A stretch of 56,518 nt of DNA from Thermodesulfobacteriota bacterium (GCA_025454155.1 JALOOZ010000012.1:1-56518); one strand, 5' to 3'; shown: positions 8,866 through 17,146, counted from the stretch's first letter. The notes: generated from the letters alone by a model not told the origin. Made by a program: numbers and translations.

Positions 8866-10381
8866 CTAATATTTGAGAACTAGTAAGCTTTTTTACGGTA
8901 GCATCCCCGACACCCGGAGTCAACACAAAGTGAATGCCCCCGAGCGCGGATTTCTTGTCCGTGGCCAGTGCGCTGTCGATCATGTCAGGCCGGGGATAGC
9001 AGAGTTCTTCCTGAGGGTAGGTCCATTTCCTGATCACCCGGAAGATCCTGTCAACCTCCTTGAGCTGAATGAGACCGAGCTCGCGGGAGAGCCAGGCGGC
9101 GAAGTACATGCCTGCGGAGACCGCCTTCCCGTGGCTCGTATTGTAGCCATGGGCATGCTCTATGGCATGGCCCAGGGTATGGCCGAAGTTCAGGATCCGG
9201 CGCAGGCCCCCTTCCCTGTCGTCCTGGCCCACCACCGATGCCTTGTCGCGGGTGCACAGGGTGACGATCTTCTCGAAGTCGTGACCGTCAGCGGTTTCCA
9301 GGTATTCGAACAGGGGCCCGTCCATGATCACGCCGTACTTGACGACCTCGGCCATGGCGTCCCTTATCTGAGAGCTTTCCAGGGAAGAGAGGAACTGCAC
9401 ATCGCTGAGCACCATGAGGGGCTGGTGGAAGGTGCCGACCAGGTTCTTGCCCTGCCTCAAGTCGATGCCGGTCTTGCCCCCGATGCTCGAGTCCACCTGG
9501 GCCAGCAGCGTCGTCGGGACGTGGACCACCGGTATGCCCCGCATGAAGATGCTCGATGCAAAGGCGGCCAGGTCACCGGTGACACCCCCGCCGACGGCCA
9601 TGGTCATCCACTGCCGGTTCACTTGGGCGGCGAACATCTCGTCAAGGGTCTTCAGCAGAAAATCGAAGGACTTGGAAGTCTCTCCCGAGGGCACGGTCAC
9701 CATGGCGTTCCTCACCCCTGTCAGGCAGGATTGGATGCTGTCCCCGTGGTGGGCCAGGACCTGTTCATCAACCATGAGGAACATGCCTTCGGGCCGGAGG
9801 TGGCGGGTCGTGTATTTCAGGATATCAGAAAAGATACCCTCCCCGATGTAGACCGGGTAAGGGGAGGAAGGGACCAGTACCGGCACCGGGGGGCGGAGGG
9901 AACGGACCAGGCCTGCCGCTGTGTCGACAACTTCCTGGACGGAGAGACCGTCCGTGGGTACGGTGAAGTCGGCGTCTTCATAGGCAGGGGTCCTCTCCAG
10001 GAGAAGGGTGCGGGCATGCTCGTTCCACAGGGGCCTGCTGGAGTCTTCAGGAACTCGTGTGGCCAGTGTCTCGAAGTCCGCGCGGAGGTGGACTACATGC
10101 CCGCAGGCCTTCATGATGGACCGGTTGACAGGATCGACAGGCAGGCCGCCGCCGGTGGCCACCACGGCATCGGTGTCCCTGCCGGCGATGTCTAGCAGGG
10201 CGCTGCGTTCCAGGGCCCTGAAGGCCTCCTCTCCGGAGCAGGCGAAGATCTCCCCGACCGAGCTCTGGGTCTTGGAAGAGATGACTTCGTCGATGTCTAT
10301 GAAGGGACGGCCGAGCCGTTCGGCAAGCCTCCTGCCCACGGAGGTCTTCCCTGCGCCCATGAAGCCGGTGAGGAAGATCAT
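8819..10381 (-). CDS. aroK-aroB: Bifunctional shikimate kinase / 3-dehydroquinate synthase (fusion)
   Basis: ORF 8819-10393. The N-terminus, MIFLTGFMGAGKTSVGRRLAERLGRPFIDIDE, is a shikimate kinase P-loop. The C-terminal ~350 aa match DHQ synthase (...GGGVTGDLAAFASSIFMRGIPVVHVPTTLLAQVDSSIGGKTGI...NFGHTLGHAIE). ATG 10381 overlaps the aroC stop (ATGA). Confidence 0.9.
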   Translation of the reverse strand: MIFLTGFMGAGKTSVGRRLAERLGRPFIDIDEVISSKTQSSVGEIFACSGEEAFRALERSALLDIAGRDTDAVVATGGGLPVDPVNRSIMKACGHVVHLRADFETLATRVPEDSSRPLWNEHARTLLLERTPAYEDADFTVPTDGLSVQEVVDTAAGLVRSLRPPVPVLVPSSPYPVYIGEGIFSDILKYTTRHLRPEGMFLMVDEQVLAHHGDSIQSCLTGVRNAMVTVPSGETSKSFDFLLKTLDEMFAAQVNRQWMTMAVGGGVTGDLAAFASSIFMRGIPVVHVPTTLLAQVDSSIGGKTGIDLRQGKNLVGTFHQPLMVLSDVQFLSSLESSQIRDAMAEVVKYGVIMDGPLFEYLETADGHDFEKIVTLCTRDKASVVGQDDREGGLRRILNFGHTLGHAIEHAHGYNTSHGKAVSAGMYFAAWLSRELGLIQLKEVDRIFRVIRKWTYPQEELCYPRPDMIDSALATDKKSALGGIHFVLTPGVGDATVKKLTSSQILGAYGRFIRESEGCLR

Positions 10382-11511
10382 AGGCCCTCCCAATACCTCC
10401 GGTGCCCTTCGAAGGCGGCGGTGAGGGCCTCCATGCTGGGCTGAGCGAACCCGGCCAGGATGGCGCTCGAGACGGCAATGATGGCCATGGCTTCACCCAC
10501 GACCGATGCCGCGGGAACTGCGCAGACATCGGAGCGCTCATAGGTTGCCTGAACAGCGGAGCCGTCCCGCATGTCAATCGTGGGAAGCCCCCTGGTCAGC
10601 GTGGGGATCGGTTTCATGGTGCATCTGAGAAGGACGGGTTCGCCGTTGGTCATGCCTCCCTCCAGTCCGCCTGCATTGTTGGACGGCCTGGACCTGGGCC
10701 TGGAGGGCAGGATGGGGTCGTGGACCCTTGATCCTGGGAGCTCCGCGCATGCGATGCCGGCGCCGATCTGAACAGACTTGACGGCAGGGATGGACATGAG
10801 GTGCATGGACAGCAGCCCATCGAGACGCTGATCCCACTGGGTGTAAGAACCGATGCCCGCAGGGAGCCCGTGGAGGACCACGGCGAATCCGCCGCCCAGG
10901 GAGTCCCCCTCGTGAGCGGCACGGTCGATGGACCGCTCCATCTCCCGGGTTGACACGTCATCCGGGCAGAAGACGCTGGAGGCATCGCGTGCCTGCATGG
11001 CAAAGGTGCCGTCATATGCGATGGGGCCGATTCTCGTGACCCAGGAATGCACATGGATACGCAGGGAGCCGAGAAAGGATCTCAGCAGCCCCCCTGCAGC
11101 CACCCTGCCGGCGGTTTCGCGGGCGCTGGCGCGTTCCAGGACGTTTCTCAGGTCCGTGTGCCTGAATCTGGCTGCGCCTCCCAGGTCGGCATGGCCGGGC
11201 CTGGGTGTGTGAAGTTCCCTGCCCTCGACGATCTCCCAGGGATCAAGATACTGCTTCCAGTTCTCGAAGTCATTGTTCCACACGGCCAGAAGGACCGGGC
11301 TCCCGAGGGTGATTCCTCCCCGGATGCCGGAGAGGACATCGACCCGGTCCTTCTCGATGGACATCCTTGAGCCCCTTCCGTGGCCCCGCTGCCGTCGAGC
11401 CAGGTCGGCGTCGATCACGCCACGATCGACCCTGAGTCCTGCAGGAAGACCGTCCAGGAAAGAAAAGACACCCCGGCCATGAGACTCACCCGCGGTGGAG
11501 AAGACAAGCAT
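10378..11511 (-). CDS. aroC: Chorismate synthase
   Basis: 377 aa: MLVFSTAGESHGRGVFSFLDGLPAG...RPGHADL...GGLEGGMTNGEP... An SD ggagg lies 5 nt upstream of the start. Confidence 0.95.
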   Translation of the reverse strand: MLVFSTAGESHGRGVFSFLDGLPAGLRVDRGVIDADLARRQRGHGRGSRMSIEKDRVDVLSGIRGGITLGSPVLLAVWNNDFENWKQYLDPWEIVEGRELHTPRPGHADLGGAARFRHTDLRNVLERASARETAGRVAAGGLLRSFLGSLRIHVHSWVTRIGPIAYDGTFAMQARDASSVFCPDDVSTREMERSIDRAAHEGDSLGGGFAVVLHGLPAGIGSYTQWDQRLDGLLSMHLMSIPAVKSVQIGAGIACAELPGSRVHDPILPSRPRSRPSNNAGGLEGGMTNGEPVLLRCTMKPIPTLTRGLPTIDMRDGSAVQATYERSDVCAVPAASVVGEAMAIIAVSSAILAGFAQPSMEALTAAFEGHRRYWEGL

Positions 11512-11542
11512 GAAACCTCCATACAGCGTTCAATGGGGTGTG

Positions 11543-11572
11543 ATTATGGTCGATGGGCGCGGTGTTTGTCAA
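11543..11572 (-). promoter_or_regulatory. Candidate sigma70 promoter of the aroC operon (TTGACA-18-CATAAT)
   Basis: On the minus strand, TTGACA (11567-11572), an 18-nt spacer and CATAAT (11543-11548). This lies about 30 nt upstream of the aroC ATG. Confidence 0.4.
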
Positions 11573-11652
11573 CAGAGAGGGGGATCGGTAACGTCGCAAA
11601 ATGGGTGCACTGGGTGAGCAGGCCAGGGTATGACCCGGACCCAGTGCTGTTC

Positions 11653-13554
11653 TCAGAAGCTCATCTTCGCCGCGAACCTGTATGTCCTTCCGGCCACCGG
11701 GTAATAGAACGTTCCCCACTGCGTCTTGCTCACGTACTCGGGGGTCTGGTCGTCAAAGAGGTTGTCCACCTTGAAGGACACGTTGACATTGAGCCCCAAA
11801 TCGTACAGGACCGCGGCATTGAGGAGGTACCGGCTGTCGGTCCTGGCCGTGTTCGCCTCGTCTTGGTACGATCTTCCCCTGAGCTGGTAGGATACCGTCA
11901 GCGTGGCGGCCCTGTCCAGGATCTCCGGGTAGAAGTCAGCCTGGAGGTTGAGCACCTGGGAGGGCTTCTGCCCCAGTTCATTCCCTTCGTACGGACCGCT
12001 CTCATAGGTGTATCTGCTCAGGATGTAGTTGGCGGAGAGCATGACCTTCTCGGCAGGTGCAGCCCAGGCATGTGCCTCGATGCCCTGCGCCAGGACCTTG
12101 TCCACGTTGATGTAGGTAAAGGCCTCTGGCTCGGGGAAGTCCATCTTGATGAGGTCCCGGTAGGTGGTGCGGAAGTAGTTCACTCCGGCCCCTACGGCGT
12201 TCAGGGCAATGACCGGTCCTATGTCGTAGCTCAACGATTTTTCCGGCTCGAGCTCGGGGTTGCGGATGAAGGTGTACCAGGTCGAAGGTGCGTAGAGCTG
12301 GCCCATGGTGGGCTCCCGGTACCCGGTGCCGACATTGGCCTTGATCTGGACCTGCTCGAGTAGCTTCCAGGCTGCACCTGCGTGGTAGGACCATCGGTCA
12401 TCGAACTCCGAGCTGTTGTCAAACCTGCCGCTTAGCTCGAGGCATACTGGACTCACGTCGATGCCGGCTGACAGGACACCGCTGCCCGTGCCGCGCTCGT
12501 GGGTCCCGTACTCGTCGCTGTCCATGCGCTCATGCAGGTATTCGAGGGAGGGGCTGAGCTCGATGGCCCCCATCGTTCTCGTATAGGCGAGCACAAGGGC
12601 CTTGTCCACGAGCTTTTGCCTGCCATCACCGAATACGCTTTCGGTGTGCGTCCTGTTGACCAGCATCCAGGTGCGCAGCTTCATCGATGCGTTGTCGGCA
12701 AGATCCCGGAAGGCCTCGACCAGGTAGGTGTCCTGAACGGTGCTCACCGCGTCATCCGGGGTGATGACCCCTGCGGAGCCTTCACCCCCGGGTGAACCGT
12801 TCTCTTGGTTGATACGGTTTCCCATGAGCGAGGTTTTCCACCCCTGGACATCGAAGGCCGCCTTGAACAGGCCGGTGGTGTTCACATAGCCGTTGTTGTC
12901 CCTTCTCGCAGTGGTTCCGTCATCCCGCTGATAGCGGAAGTCGTTGTCTGCAAAGGAGTGCGTCAGATTTGCAAGGATGCCGACCTCCCCCGCAGTGATG
13001 CTCACGTGGCCGTGGTATAGGCCGTACCCGTAGGTCCCCTGGGATGCGGTGAGGTCGTATTCGTCGCTCAGGGATGGCCCGGCGGTGACGAGGTTCACGA
13101 CCCCGCCCATGGCTGCCTTTCCGAAGGAGGCGCTGTTGCTGCCCCTGATCACTTCGATCTGCTCGATGTCGGGCATCACGTACTGCGAAAGGTCCACGAT
13201 ATCGCCGGTGACCTGGTTCAGCGGGATGCCGTCGATCATGACGAGGGTCTGCTGGAAGTTCGATCCGCGCACCGACAGGGGTGACGGCGTAGCGCCGCCG
13301 TAGTCGGAGAGGTCTACAGACGAGGCATGCCTGAGCGTCTCTTCCGTGTCGATGAGCCCTGTGGATTCGCGGCCTGTGGTGATGATGTCTGAAAAGGAAG
13401 TTGGAGCCTTCCCGGACACGGAGCCCTGCAAAGCTTCTCCCGACGTGGGGGTCACGACGATGAGGATGTCGGAGGCCGCGGACAGGAGTACGGGGGAAGC
13501 GGGATGAAACAGAAGAAGACAGGTGAAAAGCGCTGCTGGAAGCCGGTGCGACAT
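11653..13554 (-). CDS. btuB: TonB-dependent outer-membrane receptor, BtuB-like (cobalamin/corrinoid uptake inferred from the riboswitch)
   Basis: ORF 11653-13617. The ATG at 13554 is preceded by ggagg. It has a signal peptide (MSHRLPAALFTCLLLFHPASPVLLSAAS), a TonB-box-like DILIVVTPT, a plug domain and a beta-barrel ending ...RTYRFAAKMSF (terminal Phe). A cobalamin riboswitch lies directly upstream. Confidence 0.85.
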   Translation of the reverse strand: MSHRLPAALFTCLLLFHPASPVLLSAASDILIVVTPTSGEALQGSVSGKAPTSFSDIITTGRESTGLIDTEETLRHASSVDLSDYGGATPSPLSVRGSNFQQTLVMIDGIPLNQVTGDIVDLSQYVMPDIEQIEVIRGSNSASFGKAAMGGVVNLVTAGPSLSDEYDLTASQGTYGYGLYHGHVSITAGEVGILANLTHSFADNDFRYQRDDGTTARRDNNGYVNTTGLFKAAFDVQGWKTSLMGNRINQENGSPGGEGSAGVITPDDAVSTVQDTYLVEAFRDLADNASMKLRTWMLVNRTHTESVFGDGRQKLVDKALVLAYTRTMGAIELSPSLEYLHERMDSDEYGTHERGTGSGVLSAGIDVSPVCLELSGRFDNSSEFDDRWSYHAGAAWKLLEQVQIKANVGTGYREPTMGQLYAPSTWYTFIRNPELEPEKSLSYDIGPVIALNAVGAGVNYFRTTYRDLIKMDFPEPEAFTYINVDKVLAQGIEAHAWAAPAEKVMLSANYILSRYTYESGPYEGNELGQKPSQVLNLQADFYPEILDRAATLTVSYQLRGRSYQDEANTARTDSRYLLNAAVLYDLGLNVNVSFKVDNLFDDQTPEYVSKTQWGTFYYPVAGRTYRFAAKMSF

Positions 13555-13616
13555 GGGGACACCTCCATGGAGTTTTCCCTTGGAGTCTCCACCCGGGTAC
13601 GCGGGTGTAGTCCGCA

Positions 13617-13753
13617 CTGCGGATAGGTCTTCTGACTCACGGTTTTCAGCAGTCCCGCCTTCCCGCTCGCGCAGTGGCCTAAAATGGGCTGCCCCGTCCG
13701 TTTACAGCGGCGTCCCCGTCCCGGATTTTCACCGGGTTCCCTTGAATCCGCAG
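13617..13753 (-). promoter_or_regulatory. Cobalamin (AdoCbl) riboswitch aptamer
   Basis: The minus-strand RNA reads CUGCGGAuucAAGGGAAcccGGUGAAAAUCCgggaCGGggaCGCCGCUGUAAacgg...GCCACUGcgcgagcGGGAAGGCggg...gAGUCAGAAGACCUaUCCGCAG. It carries the conserved core (AAGGGAA, GGUGAAAAUCC, CGCxGCUGUAA, GCCACUG, GGGAAGGC) and the B12 box (AGUCAGAAGACCU). P1 closes with CUGCGGA/UCCGCAG. The downstream SD sits inside the palindromic cuccauggag. Confidence 0.88.
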
Positions 13754-13766
13754 CAGGGTGATGTTT

Positions 13767-13796
13767 TTGATACCAGATGCGGCATCAGTGTGTCAA
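13767..13796 (-). promoter_or_regulatory. Candidate sigma70 promoter for the riboswitch-btuB transcript (TTGACA-18-TATCAA)
   Basis: On the minus strand, TTGACA (13791-13796), an 18-nt spacer and TATCAA (13767-13772). This lies about 14 nt upstream of riboswitch P1. Confidence 0.45.
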
Positions 13797-13856
13797 TAAA
13801 CCCGGCGGCTCCACATTCCCCTTGCAATGTCCCATAATCTCTGGCATATATGATCC

Positions 13857-13931
13857 ATGAAAACAGCATCAGCACCCACATATGCCGGCTATTATTTCTG
13901 GTTTTACGGGGCGTGGCCGCCTGTGGGCTGA
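13857..13931 (+). CDS. Candidate aromatic-rich leader peptide of aroF (24 aa: MKTASAPTYAGYYFWFYGAWPPVG)
   Basis: Too short for the ORF track. Read directly: atg aaa aca gca tca gca ccc aca tat gcc ggc tat tat ttc tgg ttt tac ggg gcg tgg ccg cct gtg ggc tga. It has six consecutive aromatic codons at 13890-13907, and 8 of 24 residues are aromatic. It is followed by a terminator hairpin before aroF. No strong SD is present. Confidence 0.5.
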   Translation: MKTASAPTYAGYYFWFYGAWPPVG

Positions 13932-13954
13932 GCTGTTCGGACACGAACACACCA

Positions 13955-13990
13955 GGCCGTGGGTGGTCACCTCCCACGGCCTTTTCCTTT
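13955..13990 (+). terminator. Intrinsic-terminator-like hairpin (candidate attenuator) in the aroF leader
   Basis: ggccgtggg (13955-13963), loop tggtcacct, cccacggcc (13973-13981), then ttttccttt (13982-13990). It lies 24 nt after the leader-ORF stop and about 50 nt before the aroF GTG. Confidence 0.55.
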
Positions 13991-14043
13991 GAGGCCCGGG
14001 AAGTGATCATCATGGCCGGAAGCAGAATAGAAAGGAGGCCAGT

Positions 14044-15063
14044 GTGATCATATCCATGAAAAAGGGTGCATCTCAGGAACAGATCGATCATGTCAAGACG
14101 CTCATCGAGTCCTTCGGATACCGGATCCACGAGAGTGTAGGAGCGGAGCGGGTCCTTCTTGGGGCTGTCGGCGACGAGCGCGGCAAAGAGAGGCTCACCT
14201 GTCTGGAGGCCCAGCCCGGGGTCGAGAGGGTTATCCGCATCCTGAGCCCGTACAAGCTTGCATCCAGGGAGACCAAGGCCGAATCCACCGTGGTGGACCT
14301 GGGGATGGGCGTGAAGGTGGGCGACAGCCGTATCGCGGTCATGGCCGGGCCCTGTGCCGTGGAGTCCAAGGAGCAGATCATGGAGGTTGCCAGGGTAATC
14401 AAGGAGAGCGGCGGACATGTGCTCCGCGGCGGCGCCTTCAAGCCGAGGACCTCTCCGTATGCCTTTCAGGGCCTGAAGAACGACGGTCTCCTGCTCCTTT
14501 CCATGGCCCGGGAGGAGTTCGGCCTCCCGGTGGTCACGGAGGTCATGGACATCGCCAGCATCGAGGTGATCCTTGAAAACGCCGACTGCCTCCAGGTAGG
14601 AGCGCGCAACATCCAGAACTTCCAGCTCCTCAAGGAGGTGGGCAGGGTCAACAAACCGGTCCTGCTCAAGCGCGGCATGTCCACCACCATCGAGGAGTTC
14701 CTCATGTCCGCCGAGTACGTGCTCGCGGGAGGAAACAGCCAGGTCATCCTGTGCGAGCGGGGTATCCGGACCTTCGAAACCGCCACCCGGAACACCCTCG
14801 ATCTCTCCGCCGTGCCCGTGCTCAAGGAGAAGACCCACCTCCCCGTCATCGTGGATCCCTCCCACGGCACCGGACACGCCCGCTACGTGGAGGCCATGTC
14901 CTATGCCGCCATTGCCGCAGGTGCGGACGGACTCATGATCGAGGTCCATCCCAAGCCGGAAGAAGCGCTCTCCGACGGGCCGCAATCATTGAGGCCGGCC
15001 GAGTTCGGACGGATCATGGAGGGGATTAAGCGTATAGCCCTGGCAGTGGGGAGGGATGTATGA
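14044..15063 (+). CDS. aroF: 3-deoxy-7-phosphoheptulonate (DAHP) synthase, type I-beta with an N-terminal ferredoxin-like regulatory domain
   Basis: 339 aa. The GTG start lies 5 nt after aaaggagg. The sequence is collinear with the Thermotoga-type enzyme as I recall it ([26 protein letters not shown]..., ...AGPCAVES..., ...[18 protein letters not shown]..., ...[17 protein letters not shown]..., ...VDPSHGTG...). Confidence 0.92.
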   Translation: MIISMKKGASQEQIDHVKTLIESFGYRIHESVGAERVLLGAVGDERGKERLTCLEAQPGVERVIRILSPYKLASRETKAESTVVDLGMGVKVGDSRIAVMAGPCAVESKEQIMEVARVIKESGGHVLRGGAFKPRTSPYAFQGLKNDGLLLLSMAREEFGLPVVTEVMDIASIEVILENADCLQVGARNIQNFQLLKEVGRVNKPVLLKRGMSTTIEEFLMSAEYVLAGGNSQVILCERGIRTFETATRNTLDLSAVPVLKEKTHLPVIVDPSHGTGHARYVEAMSYAAIAAGADGLMIEVHPKPEEALSDGPQSLRPAEFGRIMEGIKRIALAVGRDV

Positions 15064-15634
15064 AAGGCTTGATTTCTCCCCCGCACGTTTCTACAATAGG
15101 ATTGTCATGGGATATTTCCGGCCTGAGCACAGGATAGCCGTCCGGTATGGCTCATCCCTGGCAGAGAGGGTTGTCTGCAAGGAGCTGAGCTGGAGCGTGC
15201 ACGGCATGTATGACGTTAAGACCCTGGCGGAATTCAATGCAGAGGAGCCCCGGGGGCGGGTCTTTGCGCAGCTACTGCGCGTGGAGCCGGTGCAGACCGC
15301 ACTGCCCTTCCACTACCGGGTCTGTCTGCGGGACCGAGAGATCCTCGAATTCATGGGTGAGAATACGGATATCGACCTTGTTTCCTTCATAACCTTCATC
15401 ATGACCCACGAGCTGCTCCATATTCACCGCTTTTCCACGGGCAAGGCCGATTTTTTCGGCGAGAGCCGGGAGGAGGAGGTCGTGGTTGATGCTCTGACCC
15501 GGGTGTTCCTGGCCAAGAACCCGGTCATAGGGCTGAAAAAGGTTCTGTCGCTTCTTGACAAGATCGCTGCTGCGCCACTATATAACGACCACATTCTGAA
15601 AAACGACCAGAGGTGCGTGAATGCCCATTTATGA
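15056..15634 (+). CDS. Hypothetical protein with an HExxH motif (possible metallopeptidase-like)
   Basis: 192 aa with ...[16 protein letters not shown]... (HELLH). No further family is recognised. It overlaps the aroF stop and the next gene start by a few nt, so the start could be a downstream ATG. Confidence 0.45.
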   Translation: MYERLDFSPARFYNRIVMGYFRPEHRIAVRYGSSLAERVVCKELSWSVHGMYDVKTLAEFNAEEPRGRVFAQLLRVEPVQTALPFHYRVCLRDREILEFMGENTDIDLVSFITFIMTHELLHIHRFSTGKADFFGESREEEVVVDALTRVFLAKNPVIGLKKVLSLLDKIAAAPLYNDHILKNDQRCVNAHL

Positions 15635-15896
15635 ATACAGATGTATGAAATGCCGGAATGAATTCGAAGAGATGCAGAAGTTCAGCGATACCCCTGTGAG
15701 CAGGTGTCCATCCTGCGGGGGGAAGGCGAAGAGGCTCATTTCCCGTTCGTCCTTTCAGCTCAAGGGATCGGGCTGGTATCTGACGGACTATGTCAAGAAG
15801 GGCTCGCCCAGAGACTCCAGGGAGAGCACGGGCTCTTCCGAGTCCACCACTGACCCGACCCCACCCGCATCCACTGCGTCGTCGAGTGACGACTGA
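15621..15896 (+). CDS. FmdB-family zinc-ribbon protein
   Basis: 91 aa: [34 protein letters not shown]... This is the CxxC...CxxC_SSSS ribbon, followed by a low-complexity Ser/Thr/Pro tail. Confidence 0.8.
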   Translation: MPIYEYRCMKCRNEFEEMQKFSDTPVSRCPSCGGKAKRLISRSSFQLKGSGWYLTDYVKKGSPRDSRESTGSSESTTDPTPPASTASSSDD

Positions 15897-15904
15897 ATCC
15901 TGCA

Positions 15905-16378
15905 ATGGCATTGACCCATCTCGACAAGAAAGGCCAGGTCGCCATGGTGGACGTGGGCGAGAAGTCCATAACCCGACGGATCGCCAGGGCAGGCGGCAGG
16001 ATAAGGATGGGCAGCGACGCCTTTGAAGCGATCATGTCCGACTCGGTCAAGAAGGGGAATGTCTTGGCCACGGCGAAGATCGCAGGGATCATGGCTGCAA
16101 AGAACACCGGTGCGATCATACCCCTGTGCCACCCGCTTGCCATAGAACACGTTGCCGTGGAGTTCTATCCCGATGGGGACACCTTCACCATCGAGGCCGA
16201 GGCCACGGTGAAGGTCAGCGGCCGGACCGGCGTCGAGATGGAGGCGCTGCACGCCGTGAGCGTGGCCCTGCTCACCATCTACGACATGGTGAAGGCCATG
16301 GACAAGTCCATGACCATCAGTGATATCCGGCTCGAAGAGAAATCCGGCGGCAGAAGCGGCCGCTACCTGAAACGGTAG
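15905..16378 (+). CDS. moaC: Cyclic pyranopterin monophosphate synthase
   Basis: 157 aa: MALTHLDKKGQVAMVDVGEKSITRRIARA...KGNVLATAKIAGIMAAKNTGAIIPLCHPL...GVEMEALHAVSVALLTIYDM... Confidence 0.95.
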   Translation: MALTHLDKKGQVAMVDVGEKSITRRIARAGGRIRMGSDAFEAIMSDSVKKGNVLATAKIAGIMAAKNTGAIIPLCHPLAIEHVAVEFYPDGDTFTIEAEATVKVSGRTGVEMEALHAVSVALLTIYDMVKAMDKSMTISDIRLEEKSGGRSGRYLKR

Positions 16379-16404
16379 GGCCGGCTTCCCATGCCGTGCT
16401 GTTC

Positions 16405-17067
16405 CTACTGCGTGAGGGGCGTTAGCTGAAGCTCGACGCGCCGGTTCTGCTGCCGGCCCGACTCGGTGTCGTTGCCGGCAATGGGCCTGGATTCTCCGAA
16501 TCCCTGGGTGGCGACCCTCCTCCCGTCGACCCCCTGGCTCATGAGGTACTGCCCCACACTTGCGGCGCGTCGCTCGGAAAGGGTCTGGTTGTAGCTGTCG
16601 CTGCCCACACTGTCCGTATGACCGTACACGTCGATGAGGGTCTTGTCGAACTCCTTGAGCACCAGGACGACCGAGTTCAGGACATCGTAGAATCCGGCGT
16701 TGATATCAGCACTGTCGGTCTTGAAGGTGACGTTGCCGGGCATGTTGAGGATGAGGTTGTCACCCTGGCGGGTCACACTCACACCGGTGCCCTGGAGCCT
16801 CTGGCGGAGCTTCTCCTCCTGCCGGTCCATGTAGTACCCCACCCCGGCCCCGGTGAGACCGCCCACGCCGGCACCGATGAGGGCGCCCTTCCGCTTGTCC
16901 TTGCTCACGGCGGCCCCGATGGCAGCCCCGCCCACGGCACCAAGCATTCCACCAATGGCCGCCTTGCTCATCTTCTGCTCCCCGGTGTATGGATCAGTGG
17001 TGCACCCGTTTCCGAGGAGAAACAGAGCCGCCACAGTGAATATGAGACCATAGCTGACAATGCGCAT
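16405..17067 (-). CDS. OmpA-family lipoprotein (glycine-zipper plus OmpA C-terminal domain)
   Basis: ORF 16405-17175. The start is set at MRIVSYGLIFTVAALFLLGNGC (lipobox). It has a Gly-zipper (GGMLGAVGGAAIGAAV...GAGVGGLTGAGVG) and an OmpA_C motif (...GHTDSVGSDSYNQTLSERRAASV...NRRVELQL). Confidence 0.85.
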   Translation of the reverse strand: MRIVSYGLIFTVAALFLLGNGCTTDPYTGEQKMSKAAIGGMLGAVGGAAIGAAVSKDKRKGALIGAGVGGLTGAGVGYYMDRQEEKLRQRLQGTGVSVTRQGDNLILNMPGNVTFKTDSADINAGFYDVLNSVVLVLKEFDKTLIDVYGHTDSVGSDSYNQTLSERRAASVGQYLMSQGVDGRRVATQGFGESRPIAGNDTESGRQQNRRVELQLTPLTQ

Positions 17068-17146
17068 CGTATAACCCCTTTCCCGTTCTGATTTTTTTGG
17101 TGAAGACCGGTTATGGCAAGGATTATCCCCTCCAAGTACTGTGTGT

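Noticed and set aside
11600-11650. The hairpin gcactgggt...acccagtgc after btuB, as an intrinsic terminator.
   Set aside because: The 9-bp stem encloses a ~27-nt loop and is followed only by a short tttt four bases downstream. That is too weak to annotate as a feature.
13850-14047. A listed 65-aa + ORF spanning the whole aroF leader.
   Set aside because: It reads through the terminator hairpin and into the aroF start, has no recognisable features and lacks an SD. The 24-codon ORF in the other frame (13857-13931) explains the region better.
13729-14985. A 418-aa minus-strand ORF antisense to aroF. Similar long shadow ORFs occur at 8873-10195, 11380-12363, 17894-19273, 28662-29732, 35717-36997, 40617-42386 and 53138-54091.
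   Set aside because: Each lies entirely antisense to a gene with an unambiguous family match. The translations are Gly/Arg/His/Asp/Pro/Val-rich with no recognisable motifs. This is typical of stop-codon depletion on the opposite strand of ~60% GC coding DNA.
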